64,000 nucleotides of DNA from Thecamonas trahens ATCC 50062 (taxonomy: Eukaryota; Protista; Apusomonadida), in the NCBI RefSeq assembly GCF_000142905.1, contig NW_013657659.1, positions 89,487 through 153,486 of the forward strand, read 5' to 3'. The notes under the pieces are model-generated. The model had not been told where the DNA came from, made no database searches, and saw only the letters and a list, made by a program, of their open reading frames with translations. A program made the translations under genes and the position numbers. Of the stretch, positions 1 to 11,284 are shown one piece after another. How positions within the stretch are numbered: the first letter of the stretch is position 1; every line of letters begins with the position of its first letter.

Positions 1-1
1 T

Positions 2-3000
2 GATCCTGCTCTCTCGCGCGAGGCCGCCCGCGATGCTGCGCTTTCTCTCCTCCGTGAGACCTGCCCATACTACGGCGCTTGTTTGTACTCGGCGGTGGGG
101 CTGGAGCGGAACAAGGCCAACAAACGGGCCCGGATCGTCGGCAACGTCGTCGTCGCCATCACCGAGACCGCCATCCATGTGCTCCCGGCCGACGTCTCAG
201 CCCGCGCCAAGCCGCTTGTCTCGATGGACCGCGGCGACCCGGGCTTTTCCTTCCGCGAGGTCAACACCGCGACCGACGGCTCGGTGCTCGAGTTTCACTC
301 CAAGGATCCAAAGCGCGACGAGCACCGCACGTTTGAGCTCGCCTCGCTGGAGACTGGCCTCATTGTGACTCATCTCAAGCACGCCGACACGCCGATGCTG
401 ATGAACGTCTCCAAGTTTGTGGACGAGCTCCTGCATCTGATGACCCTGGAGGACTACAACGAGGGCGAGTATGTGGTCCGCGCTGGTGACCCCGGGCGGT
501 GCATGTACTTTGTCTCGGCTGGTACGATCGAAATCGAGATTCCGGCCGCCTCTGGCGAGGTCAAGACCGTCACGCTCCGCGAGGGCTCGTACTTTGGCGA
601 GATTGCGCTCTTCCTCTCCAAGACCGGCAAGCGGACGGCGTCGGTCCGCGCCGCTACCCCAGTCCAGCTCCTGGTCCTCACCAAGGAGACGTGCAACTCT
701 GTCCTGCACCGCTTTCCTCACATGGAAAAAGCCTTCCGCGAGCTTGGCTCGGCCCGCCTACGCAACAACGACGAGTCGTCTGGCGGCGGCAAGGGCAAGG
801 GCCGCCGGTCAGCCGCCTCGGCTGCTACCCCGTCGTGGATGAAGCGCATCTCGGGCAAGGTGACTAAGCGCAGGGTCACCCTCGGCGCGCCGGCCTCGGG
901 CCCCGCCGTCCGCTCTAAGACCTCGCAGAAGCCGCGCTTCATGGAGGTTCCGCAAGAGCCCTCGCTCCCTCTGCCGGGCGCGCCTGACGAGGCTGCGCTG
1001 CCGCCGATTCTCGATGCCGGCTCGTGGGACGCTGACGCGCCGGCGAGGGTCTTTGCCCCGCTCTCGGACCCGGCCGTCCTTGCTGTCGAGGACACAGTGG
1101 CAGAGACCAACTGGTTTGCCCGCATCTTTTGCGACCAGGCATACTCGTTGTTTATGGCCAAGATTGACGAGCGGGTTGTCCTCGTCACCATCTTTGTCTC
1201 GCGGCCGCCGGGTCTCACGCCCGGTGCCGACGCCGACGTTCTTGCCTCGCTCGGGCCCGAGTCGGAGCTGTACGCTTCGTCGACCGCTGCAAGAAACACC
1301 TCTATCGGCGTCCTTGACCTGCCGCTGCCCAAGGCCACCGATGACAGTGAGGGCAGTGCCGTTGCCGGAAGCAGCAGCAACGGCGGCGGTGGTGGCGACG
1401 ACGAGTCTAGCTCGGATGCAGCCGACGGTGAAGGTGCCAATCTGAGCCGGAGGAGGTCGTCGACGCTGGTGCTCTCGCCCGAGGACGAGGCGACGCGCAA
1501 CTTGGCGCAGGTTCGCCAGCTCTACTGGGTCATGGTGTGGGAGAAGAAGAGCGTCCGGCGGTGGGTGCTCGAGTCCGAGTCGAAAATGAGCTTTGGTCAG
1601 GTGCTGGGCTCGGTAGATCCTGGCCTCGGCGCATCGGCTAAGAACTTCCGCAAGGTTGAGGCGGTGAGCTACGAAATGGAGCGTGCACTGTGCACCATCG
1701 AGAACGGCGAGCCAGAGCTTAACTTCAAGCTGGGAGTTCTCTACGCTCGCGAGGGTCAGGTCGATGAGAATGACATGTTTGGCAACAAGGACGGCTCTCC
1801 GGCGTTTCGCGAGTTTCTGGAGCAGATCGGCGAGCGAGTCCGGCTCAAGGGTTACTCGGGCTACTGCGCCCAGCTGGACACCAAGTACGACAAGTCTGGC
1901 CTTCACTCGTACCGGACGAGCGCCGGCGGGTACGAGGTCATGTTTCACGTCTCGACCGAGCTTCAGTACGACCCGACGGACGACCAGTACATCCAGCGGA
2001 AGCGGTTCATTGGCAACGACATTGTCGTCATTGTGTTTGTGGACGGGCCGACAACGTACGCCACGCAGACCATGAAGTCGCAGTACACCAACATCCTGGT
2101 GGTGGTCACGCCGGATCCGACCGACTCGTCGCGATACCGGGTGGCAGTCACCCGCCAGCGCGGGCTCCGCCGCTTTGGCCCGCTCCCGGCGCGGTACTAC
2201 CGCAAGGGCGACGGCAGCTTTGCCAAGTGGCTCCTCACCACCTGTCTCAATGGCGAGCACGCGACGTATGTCTCGCCCGAGTTTTTGGTCCGCGACCGGC
2301 GGACCCGCAACAATCTGCTCAACGACTTTTATGACGCGCACTGGAGCACTGGAGCCAAGAAGCGCACAACCTGACGCTGACTCTGGCGCCAGGGTCGACG
2401 ACTGCCGCCCCTGCGCTGTTCTCGGCTATTCCGCTCGCCGACCCGCAGGTCTTTGCTCCGGCCCTAGTCTCGATTGAGAGCCTGCTGAGCCAGCCGGCGG
2501 CAGTCTGCACCATGGCAAGCGCGCTCTTCATCGGAACGCGTGACGGGCTGTACGCCTCGCGGGCGCTGCGGAACATGCCGCACGCCGCGTTTGAGGACGA
2601 GATTGGCGCGGCGCGGGCGGCGCTCGAGACCGCGAGCAGGAGCGGTGGAAGCTACGGTGCAGGCGCGGCGCCGCGGCGAGTTGCCTCGCTCGACCACATC
2701 ATCAAGCTCAAGGCCGATTCGCGGCAGCACTCGCTGTTTGTTCTCACGGGCGGGGCGTCAGGTCGTCTCTTTGAGTTTTCGCTCACTGAGCTCCTTGCGG
2801 GCCTGCCGGCGGTGGTGACCATGATTCCCCACTCGCGCGGCGTCTCGACCTTTGACTGCGGCTGGGTTGGCGCCAAGTTCTTTGTCTGCGCCGCGTCGGA
2901 CGATAAGGTCCTTGTGTACACTGTCCGGTCCGACGGCTCGTACCGCGAACAGGAGACGCTGGTGCTCCCGTCGCGGATCTCGGCCATCACACTCACTCAG

Positions 3001-3794
3001 TACGGCGTGCTGGTGGGGACGGAGGAGGTCGAGGCCACACCTGCGCAGGTCATGTTCTTCTCGTTTGAGGCCGAGCGGACGTTTCTCTACGATCCAGTGT
3101 ACGTGGTGGACCGCCCAGGAGCCGACGCCGGGGCATCGTCATCGTCTACGGGTGCGGCAGGCGCGAGCACTGCGCCGCTGCTGCTGGCGTCGTCGACACT
3201 CACCGAGTCGTGGTCGGACCTGGTTGAGTTTCATGCGCCGGAGCGAGTCCTTGCCTCGCGGCCGATTGACATCCTAGTCACGCCGTACGGCGTCGTTCTC
3301 TGTTTTGCGCGGCTCGGCGTTTTGCTCACGCCCGACGGGCGGGTCGAGCACGAAATCGCGTGGTCGGGCGAAGCTGTGGCCTTTGCTGTGGCTGGCGCCT
3401 TTTTCGCCGTCTACTACCGCACCTTCCTCGAAGTCCGCACCCTCGCATCGGGCGCATTGGTCGAGACGCACTACGCGCGACTCGACGGCCGTTCTCGTGC
3501 TCGGGCGAGGCGCTGCTCTTCCTCGCCTCGGACACTGTCGACGGCGAGCTCCTCACTCCGGAGCTCTTCCATCTTCAGCCGGTGGTAGCGGTCAACTACT
3601 CGTCGCCAGAGGCCGAGGCTCTGGTCCGGCCGGCTCTCCAGGCCGAGGCGGCCGCAGGCGCGGCACCCGACGACGAGGTCAGCGGCAGTGGCGGCGACCT
3701 CGAGGCTTCGGCAGCGGTCGAGCCGTCGGGCGAGGCCGACGCTGTCGACGTTAACGCCCTCACCGCCATGTGGGAGACCAAGTTTGGTTCGTGA
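2..3794 (+). CDS. 5'-truncated multidomain RapGAP: FERM-like C-terminal lobe + cNMP-binding domain + RapGAP + CNH domain (GARNL3-like C-terminal half); two apparent frameshifts (~2365, ~3490)
   Basis: Frame is open from base 2 (..LLRETCPYYGACLY..VVVAITETAIHVL, FERM-like). cNMP motifs GEYVVRAGDPGRCMYFVSAG and GSYFGEIAL..RTASVRA. RapGAP motifs FKLGVLY..GQ, EVMFHVST and RKRFIGNDIVVIVF. A different frame, open from ~2335, gives CNH-like ALFIGTRDGLY..EIAWSGEAVAFA..FLEVR. A third frame completes the C-terminus to TGA 3794. Confidence 0.8.
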
Positions 3795-3810
3795 GCACGA
3801 GTAAATGCCG

Positions 3811-4986
3811 TCATGTGGCAGCAGCAGCAGCATAGGCCGAGGCGTAGCGTGAGAGAGTCGACTCGACTCGCGAGGCCGCGACGGCCGACGACGCAGCCTC
3901 GGCGGCCTCGAGCGGGCGGAGGACGCCGGCAACTTCGGCCGAGAGCACGTGGTCGACGCCGAGAAGCTCGATGCGGGTGGCGGCGACAGCGCGGAAGAGG
4001 GCGATGGCCTTGGCGCGGCGGCGGGTGGCGAGGAGGACGAGGCCCATGTGCATCGCGGCGTCAGCGCGTTGGAGGCGTGCGGCAGGCTCAGTCGCGCCCT
4101 TGAGCATGGCGTGGACAGCGCGGAAGGCGGCAAAGGCGTCCTCGTAAGCGCCTGCGTCGGCGTGGATGAGGCCCGCGTTGTGGAGGGCGGCGCGGAGGGT
4201 CTCGGGCGTAGCGCCGTCGGCCATGGCGCGCTCGTAGTGGGCGAGTGCCTTGTTGGCGTCGCCGGCCGTGTCGGCGAGGACGCCAGCAAGTAGGTGGGCA
4301 TCGGCAAGGGTGGCGCTGTTCGGCGCAAAAACTGAACCGAGGATGCGGAGGGCTGCGGCGACGCGTGAGGTGGCCTTGTGCAGAGCTGGCGGACGGGCGG
4401 GCCCAGTGGCGGTGTAGTCGGAAGTGCCGGCGGCGGGCAGATCGACCAACAGCGCCGTGTTGAGCAGGAAAGGGACGCGAGCCAGAGCATCTGCGGCGTC
4501 CGCCGAAGCTACCAACCGCGACCCGGCCGCCAGGAGGGCGGCCATACCCTCGTCGTCGCCGTCGGCCTCGGCAACGAGGGCGAGAACGAGGAAAAGGCCG
4601 GCGACGACTCGCGGCGGCAACGGATCGGCGGCGTCGGCCAGCGCCTCAGCACGGAGGGCGGCGGCGCGAGACGCATCGACGGCACCCGTGAGGAACCGGG
4701 CGAGGGCGAGCTCGGTGAGGACAAAGACGCAGGCGGCGTCGACAGCCGCGGTGCCCGACGACGGCGGGCCTGTCGGCGCGGCGCCGGTCAGCGCGCCCGG
4801 CGCCAGACCGTAGCGGGCCTCCACAGCAGCCGCCAGAGTCTCAACCATCTCCAACGAGGCAAGGTAGTCGCCTGCGGCCCGGGCCTTGCGCGCCGAGCCC
4901 AGGAGCGCCCGCGTAGTTAGGGCCGGCCGGCGCTTGGCGCGCTTTCCCCCGCGCGACGGCGCACGGTGTCTGGGGCGGGCTTCCAT
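3811..4986 (-). CDS. TPR-repeat protein
   Basis: ATG at 4986 (MEARPR). Helical repeats AHLLAGVLADTAGDANKALAHYERA, ALHNAGLIHADAGAYEDAFAAF and AAMHMGLVLL..KAIALF..ELLGVDH resemble kinesin-light-chain-type TPRs. Confidence 0.75.
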   Translation of the reverse strand: MEARPRHRAPSRGGKRAKRRPALTTRALLGSARKARAAGDYLASLEMVETLAAAVEARYGLAPGALTGAAPTGPPSSGTAAVDAACVFVLTELALARFLTGAVDASRAAALRAEALADAADPLPPRVVAGLFLVLALVAEADGDDEGMAALLAAGSRLVASADAADALARVPFLLNTALLVDLPAAGTSDYTATGPARPPALHKATSRVAAALRILGSVFAPNSATLADAHLLAGVLADTAGDANKALAHYERAMADGATPETLRAALHNAGLIHADAGAYEDAFAAFRAVHAMLKGATEPAARLQRADAAMHMGLVLLATRRRAKAIALFRAVAATRIELLGVDHVLSAEVAGVLRPLEAAEAASSAVAASRVESTLSRYASAYAAAAAT

Positions 4987-5039
4987 GGCAGTGCGAGTGT
5001 GTGGCGTGTGGAAAAGGGAGAGTGAGGGGTGTGAGGGGT

Positions 5040-5058
5040 ATGTGCGTGTGTGTGTGTG

Positions 5059-5096
<38 letters not shown>

Positions 5097-5120
5097 CGTG
5101 TGGTGTGGTGTGGTGTGTGC
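5040..5120. repeat. (GT)n microsatellite
   Basis: Long GT dinucleotide tract upstream of the TPR gene. Confidence 0.95.
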
Positions 5121-5207
5121 GTGTTCGTGTGCGGTGGCTGCTGCCTGGCAACCGAGTCCCTCTCATGGTTGTGGTGGTCGATGGCACTCGATTAGCCCCC
5201 CCCCCCC

Positions 5208-5951
5208 NNNNNNNNNNNNNNNNNNNNNNNNNNNNNNNNNNNNNNNNNNNNNNNNNNNNNNNNNNNNNNNNNNNNNNNNNNNNNNNNNNNNNNNNNNNNN
5301 NNNNNNNNNNNNNNNNNNNNNNNNNNNNNNNNNNNNNNNNNNNNNNNNNNNNNNNNNNNNNNNNNNNNNNNNNNNNNNNNNNNNNNNNNNNNNNNNNNNN
5401 NNNNNNNNNNNNNNNNNNNNNNNNNNNNNNNNNNNNNNNNNNNNNNNNNNNNNNNNNNNNNNNNNNNNNNNNNNNNNNNNNNNNNNNNNNNNNNNNNNNN
5501 NNNNNNNNNNNNNNNNNNNNNNNNNNNNNNNNNNNNNNNNNNNNNNNNNNNNNNNNNNNNNNNNNNNNNNNNNNNNNNNNNNNNNNNNNNNNNNNNNNNN
5601 NNNNNNNNNNNNNNNNNNNNNNNNNNNNNNNNNNNNNNNNNNNNNNNNNNNNNNNNNNNNNNNNNNNNNNNNNNNNNNNNNNNNNNNNNNNNNNNNNNNN
5701 NNNNNNNNNNNNNNNNNNNNNNNNNNNNNNNNNNNNNNNNNNNNNNNNNNNNNNNNNNNNNNNNNNNNNNNNNNNNNNNNNNNNNNNNNNNNNNNNNNNN
5801 NNNNNNNNNNNNNNNNNNNNNNNNNNNNNNNNNNNNNNNNNNNNNNNNNNNNNNNNNNNNNNNNNNNNNNNNNNNNNNNNNNNNNNNNNNNNNNNNNNNN
5901 NNNNNNNNNNNNNNNNNNNNNNNNNNNNNNNNNNNNNNNNNNNNNNNNNNN
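5208..5951. other. Assembly gap (N run)
   Basis: Run of Ns; the 5' exon of the eIF4B-like gene may lie inside it. Confidence 0.99.
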
Positions 5952-6324
5952 GCCAAACGACTCCAAATGATCAATCTTTAAATAAGAGTCGGTTTGCCAG
6001 AATCTTGCATCCATACCATGAAGTTCTCTATTTGCGCTTTTTTTAGAACTCCCTCTATTCCATGATTTACCACAAAACGATGAGAATAGTTAACACCAAA
6101 TCTAGAAGATGCTCGAAAAAGCTACAAATCAAAGTAGTGAAGGCTCCCTCCTTTGACAACACCATTAACAAGCCTGTCATTAAACCGCAAAAGGGAGCCA
6201 AGAAACTTGAGTGCGAATGTTGCAACTAACTCAGTGATTTAAGCAAAGAAGGCCATCGAATCACATCAGTGTTCGGAATACAACCCACTAAGCCCCCCCC
6301 CCCCCCCCCCTCTCTCCGCTCCAG

Positions 6325-7573
6325 ACGACAACGGGTCTGGGGCGACTCGCCCATTGACAACGACATTCCGCGCGGCCCGACCGGCGGCGACCGCGGCGGC
6401 TACGGTGGCGACCGTGGTGGCTACGGTGGCGACCGTGGCGGCTACGGTGGCGACCGTGGCGGCGACCGTGGAGGCTATGGCGGCGACCGTGGTGGCGACC
6501 GTGGCGGCGACCGCGGCGGCTATGGCGGCGACCGTGGCGGCGACCGCGGCGGGTACGGCGGCGGCCGCGGCGGCGACCGCGGCGGGTACGGCGGCGGCCG
6601 TGGCGGCGACCGCGGAGGTTACGGCGGTGACCGCGGCGGGTACGGCGGCGACCGTGGCGGCGACCGTGACGGCGGGTTTGGCGGCGGATACCGCCGTGGC
6701 GGCGGCGAGGACGACGGCGACCGGTTCCGCAACCTGGTCAACCCGGACGACTGCCCGCACGAGCCGCCGTTCAAGATCTACGTGGGCAACCTGGATTACT
6801 ACTGTGAGGAGCAGGATGTGCGCGCATTCTTCGAGGACGCCGGAACCCGCCCGATTTCGGTGGCGCTCCCGCGCGACCACGTTGAGGACCGCATCAAGGG
6901 CTTTGGCTACGTCGAGTTTGAGTCACGCGACGACCTCGTCAAGGCTGTCCAGCTCTCGGGCGAGCCGATGCGTGGCCGCTCGCTGAAGATCGATCTTGCC
7001 GAGATCCGCGAGCAGGACCGCCGCCGGTACCAGGCGCGGACGGAGATGTCGTCGGACTGGCGCTCGGCGCCGCGGTCCCGCCCGGCGGGCGACCGCGGGT
7101 TTGATCGCGGCGGCGATCGCGGTGACCGCGGCGACCGCGGCGATCGCGGCTTTGACCGCGGTGGCTTTGACCGCGGTGGCTTTGACCGTCGTGGCGGCGA
7201 CCGTGGCGGCTTTGGCTCGCGCCCGTCGGGCGGCGAGCGCAAGCGCCTCCAGCTTGCCCCGCGCACCAAGCCGCTGCCCAAGGACAACGTCGTCCCGCCG
7301 CCGGCCGACTACAAGAAGGCCAAGAGCAATCCGTTTGGCGCCGCCAAGCCGCGTGACGAGCGCGCTGTTCTCGAGGCCAAGGCTCGCGAGCGTGCTGAGC
7401 GCGAGGCTCGTGGCGAGAAGGTCCTCAACACCAAGACCTCCCGCGTCTACTCGCAGCGCCGCCACGAGGACGGCCCTGGCTCGGACCATGCCGAGGGCGA
7501 CGCCCCGCAGCCCGCCAACGACGACGCTGCCACCACCACTACCACCACCACCTCGGCCCCGGCCGACGAGTAA
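6325..7573 (+). CDS. EIF4B: eIF4B-like RRM protein with N-terminal GGDRGGY repeats (last exon; 5' exon not located)
   Basis: Candidate acceptor CTCCAG at 6319-6324 after CACTAAG and poly-[26 protein letters not shown], then [18 protein letters not shown] and [13 protein letters not shown] motifs typical of eIF4B/eIF4H. Confidence 0.8.
6380..6690 (+). repeat. Coding tandem repeats encoding GGDR/GGY (RGG/DRYG-like region)
   Basis: Mixed 12- and 21-nt units such as GGCGGCTACGGTGGCGACCGT. Confidence 0.9.
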
Positions 7574-7615
7574 CTTGTGTTGCCTTTATCGTAAACAACC
7601 CCTCTTTCTCCGCTC

Positions 7616-10522
7616 TCACCCAAGCTGCCGGATCTTGGCCTCCACACGCGCCACCTGGTCGACCAGCCGCGGAACGGCGGAGAGCGTCTGCAAGTGCGCC
7701 TTGATCTGCGCGAGCTGCGCTGCCGAGACTGGCGCTTCGGCTTCGGCTTCCTGAGCTGCTACGGCCTCCAGCGAGCCGATAGCAGCTAGAACGTCGCCCG
7801 CAAGCACGATGCGCGCGAGCTCGAGCCGCTCAACCAGCGCCTCGAGCTCGGCCGCATCACTCCGCGACTCGGGTCGGAATTTGGCGCTGTACACGAGTTC
7901 GCCGAGCTTGTTGATGACAGCGCTGACATTCTGGCAGCAAGTGTGAAGCGCCGCTGTCCACGCTCGGATGTTTGGAGCCAACGCAATGAGCTCGGGCACG
8001 AGGGTCTTGGCAAACCGGGCCAGGTCGGCCGGCGGCGCGGGGCGAGCGGCAAGCGTCTCGAGCTCGACCCGATGTGTATCGAGGCTGGCACGACGCACTG
8101 GATTTGGCTCGCTGGCCACCAGCTGGACAAGCGCTTGGCATAGGGCAGTCGCTGACGAGGCCGGCTCGGCGGCAGCAGTTAGACTACCGGCGGCGGCGAG
8201 CGCGCGGGTGAGCGCGGTGGCGTCCTTGTGGACGCCGGGCGTGGCCGTGCCCTTGGGAGGTGTCGCCACGGCAGTCATTTCGTCGGCAAGCGCGGTGAGC
8301 TCTGTGGCAGCAGCCCGGAGTGCGTGGATGATGGGGGCATGCTTGGCGTCGAGGTCGGTGGCGACGGCCACGAGCTGAGTCGCGATCTGGACGACAGCGG
8401 TAGAGATGCCAGAGAGCCGCGAGGCGTCGAGCGCAGCGGCGCGCCCAGACAGATGGGCGAGCCGATCGTTGTACTCTGCCACAACTTGCTTGAGCCGGCC
8501 AAGCATGGCGTGATGTTTGCGCTCGGCCGCCGAGAGTGACGGCTGCCACTCGTTGATGATTTGCAGGACAAGCGCGAGGCGCGCGCTCAAGTTGGCCTGA
8601 TAAGCGACTGCTTGCGCCACCCGCTCGGCGAGGCGGCCCGAGTTGGCTGCGAGCTCGTCGTAGTGCGCTTGCGCAGCGGCCAGCTCGCGGTCGTGAACCT
8701 CCTGCATCGACTGCAGCAGCTTCAGCCGTTGCGCAATGGCGGCGTGCATGAGATGAAACGGCTCGATCTGATCGTCCTTGATGGACTTGGCCAGCGCCAT
8801 AAAGTGGAGCAACGTTGTCTCATTAAGCGCATCCGGAAAGGTGACCGGGTCGGACGCCGGGAGCGCAAGCTGCGGGACGGTGACGCCGAGTGCGAGCTCG
8901 GGAAGGACGGCGTGCGGAGCAGCAGCAGTGAGGCCAGTGCTGTCCAGTCGGCTTGTTGCTGCCGGACCGGGCTTGAGCAAGTCGAGCGGCTCAACAAACA
9001 CGCGCAGCGCGCCGGTGAGCATGACAACGCCGTAGCCGGCGGCGGGCGTGGCGATAACCGCGAGGCCAACAACCGGGACCGCCGGCGGTGCTGACGCCGT
9101 TGGCGCTAGCGGCGCAGTTGTGAGCATGTCGTGCACGACAGTGGCGGGGAGCGGGAGGCTGAGGCCAGCGTCGGGCGAGGCGCAGTACGCCACCAGCGGC
9201 GCGAGCCACGGGAGCGCGAGCGCGACGGCTCCGCCGGTGTAGGCGGCAAAGAGCCGCCCAGGCGCAGCCGGTGACCGCGCCAGCATAAACAGGCGGTTGT
9301 CAGCGCCGCACTGCAAATCTGCGGCCGCGACAAGCGCCGACGGTGGCGGCGGAATGTCGGCAGCCAGCGGTGGGTCGGCCGCCGATTCGTACGAGCCGCG
9401 GCTGCGGTGGTGCGGCGACGGCGAGCGGGCGCTGACAGCGACTGAGGCAGCGCGAACCGTCTCCTGGGACGCCCACCACGCCGGTGCGACGTATTCTTCG
9501 AGCGTCACAAAGTGGACGAGCCCCGTGAGCGTGCCAAGAGCGATGACTGGCGGCGCACCGGCAAGAACGCACAGCGAAGCACCGGCGCCGTCGGGTAAAG
9601 TGTAGAGCGGACCCTGGACAAGCGGCGGAACGTCGACGAGGGCGTCTGGCGAGAGCGAGGCAAACCAGGTCTCGCCGGCAGGCGCAGCGTCGGGCGCGGC
9701 GGAGGTGGAGGCTAGTGCCGGGCCGGCGACGCCCTCCAGCCAGGCGAGCCGGAGCTTGATCTGGGCGCGAGAGGCGTACGAGTCTGGCCCAATGGTTGAC
9801 GACGCGGCGGCGAGGTCGGCCGAGGTGGCGGCGTGGAGGGCGGCAACGTGCGAGGACGCCAACGGCGCCCCCGGCGGGAGGACCGGGCAAGTGGCGTGAA
9901 GCTTGCCACGGGATGTAAGCGCGTAAACAGTGAACGGCTCCCACGCGTGAGTCGCCGGCGCCGACGCCGGCGAGAGGCCAAAGGCAAAGCCGACCGGGCG
10001 GGCGCCTGCGGGCGTGACTCGGGCCGACGCCACAGGTAGGTCCGGCTCACCAGCAACGTCGTACATGCGGACGATGCCGTCTGAAGCGAGGATTGCGAGG
10101 ACGGTAGGAACAAGCGGGTGCCAGCTGACGCTGACAATCCGGACTGCCGGGCTCCGAGCCAGGAAGCCGGCGCCGACTGCCGTCGCCCGCAGCGCGCCGT
10201 CGCTCTCGCCGGAGAGCCGGGCGAGGTCGACGGCTGCGGCGCCCGACGGCGACCAGAGCGCGGCACGCTCACCGTCGGGCGCGAGGACCAGCCCGTGCGG
10301 TGTCCACCCAAGGGGAGGGAAGAGCGAGTGCTTGCCCGACCCGCCGCCGGGCACGACAGAATGCAGCGCCCCGGTCGTCGAGGTGTACGTGAGGACAGTG
10401 CCCGTCGCGGTCGCCGCGAGGAGGCCAGACGCCTTGACGTCGGCGTCTGCAGCTTTCTGGCTCGCGAGCTGCGCAAAGAACGGGTGCCTCGGCAGCTCCA
10501 GCACGGGGCTAGCGCTGGCCAT
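7616..10522 (-). CDS. NUP88: Nucleoporin Nup88/Nup82-like
   Basis: ATG 10522. Beta-propeller motifs VSWHPLVPTVLAILASDGIVRMYDV and WEPFTVYALTSRGKLHATCPVLP. C-terminal coiled coil with PSLSAAERK. Confidence 0.75.
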   Translation of the reverse strand: MASASPVLELPRHPFFAQLASQKAADADVKASGLLAATATGTVLTYTSTTGALHSVVPGGGSGKHSLFPPLGWTPHGLVLAPDGERAALWSPSGAAAVDLARLSGESDGALRATAVGAGFLARSPAVRIVSVSWHPLVPTVLAILASDGIVRMYDVAGEPDLPVASARVTPAGARPVGFAFGLSPASAPATHAWEPFTVYALTSRGKLHATCPVLPPGAPLASSHVAALHAATSADLAAASSTIGPDSYASRAQIKLRLAWLEGVAGPALASTSAAPDAAPAGETWFASLSPDALVDVPPLVQGPLYTLPDGAGASLCVLAGAPPVIALGTLTGLVHFVTLEEYVAPAWWASQETVRAASVAVSARSPSPHHRSRGSYESAADPPLAADIPPPPSALVAAADLQCGADNRLFMLARSPAAPGRLFAAYTGGAVALALPWLAPLVAYCASPDAGLSLPLPATVVHDMLTTAPLAPTASAPPAVPVVGLAVIATPAAGYGVVMLTGALRVFVEPLDLLKPGPAATSRLDSTGLTAAAPHAVLPELALGVTVPQLALPASDPVTFPDALNETTLLHFMALAKSIKDDQIEPFHLMHAAIAQRLKLLQSMQEVHDRELAAAQAHYDELAANSGRLAERVAQAVAYQANLSARLALVLQIINEWQPSLSAAERKHHAMLGRLKQVVAEYNDRLAHLSGRAAALDASRLSGISTAVVQIATQLVAVATDLDAKHAPIIHALRAAATELTALADEMTAVATPPKGTATPGVHKDATALTRALAAAGSLTAAAEPASSATALCQALVQLVASEPNPVRRASLDTHRVELETLAARPAPPADLARFAKTLVPELIALAPNIRAWTAALHTCCQNVSAVINKLGELVYSAKFRPESRSDAAELEALVERLELARIVLAGDVLAAIGSLEAVAAQEAEAEAPVSAAQLAQIKAHLQTLSAVPRLVDQVARVEAKIRQLG

Positions 10523-10809
10523 GGTGCGCGGGGCTGCGGGAGCGAGGTGTGGTGCCACGGGGCGTGTTGCTGGAGGCGGTGGCGCGGGATGGAGGAGTGG
10601 TCGCGCCAAGCTGCACCGCCGAGCCGCGAGATCAACTGGCTCTTTTGGCCGAAACTCGATCTTTGAAAGCAAGAAAGTGGTATCGATAGGTAGCTAGTAT
10701 GTAGTAGGGCCGGCTAGCGGGAGATGAAGGAGAGTAGGGTGATGGTGATGGAGAAAAACGCGATCAAGCTGTTCTGCCTATTTTTGAGGCTTTACATGCA
10801 GACATGTGA

Positions 10810-10965
10810 AAACCTACAACTGTTCATTTTTGGCCAACAAATATATAATTACATTTGTCACAATGAAATTTTCAAAGAAATCAATATTGAACGATATACT
10901 AAATAATTCTATCCACATATACTATATTTATATAAGTTTAATTGCCCAAAAATTGTTGCAGGTTT
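10810..10965. mobile_element. Candidate AT-rich MITE-like relic with imperfect terminal inverted repeats
   Basis: Left end AAACCTACAACTGTTCATTTTTGGCCAA versus reverse complement of right end AAACCTGCAACAATTTTTGGGCAA. Interior is very AT-rich in a GC-rich genome. No target-site duplication seen. Confidence 0.35.
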
Positions 10966-11284
10966 GTCGTTTTGACTGAACCCTCGTCGTGAGTCTGTCC
11001 GTCTGCCCACCCCGCCGTCAGCTCGGGCAAACTTGAGGAATCAGGCCGCAACCATGCTCATCATCCCACTCAGGCACAGCTCTAGTTCGTGCTACCGTGC
11101 AGCGCGCTGTTGGCGGCTGGTGCCGTCGAAACATCCAACGCCGACCCGATCGCCGCACCACGATCGGTGGTCGATTTTGTGGCCGGCGCCAAAGTACACA
11201 ACGGTCCCGTCCCTTCCACCTCCCCTTCCCTCCCTCATACAAGCCGTGACACTGCTCCACCCCCCAACCCCCCTACCCCCCCTC

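Noticed and set aside
809-2341. Long antisense or alternate-frame ORFs (also 13469-14542, 19178-20338, 20292-21398, 40931-42289 and others)
   Set aside because: Shadow ORFs expected from high GC3 codon usage opposite clear genes; no motifs.
5050-6046. ORFs spanning the N gap
   Set aside because: Artefacts of translating Ns and GT repeats.
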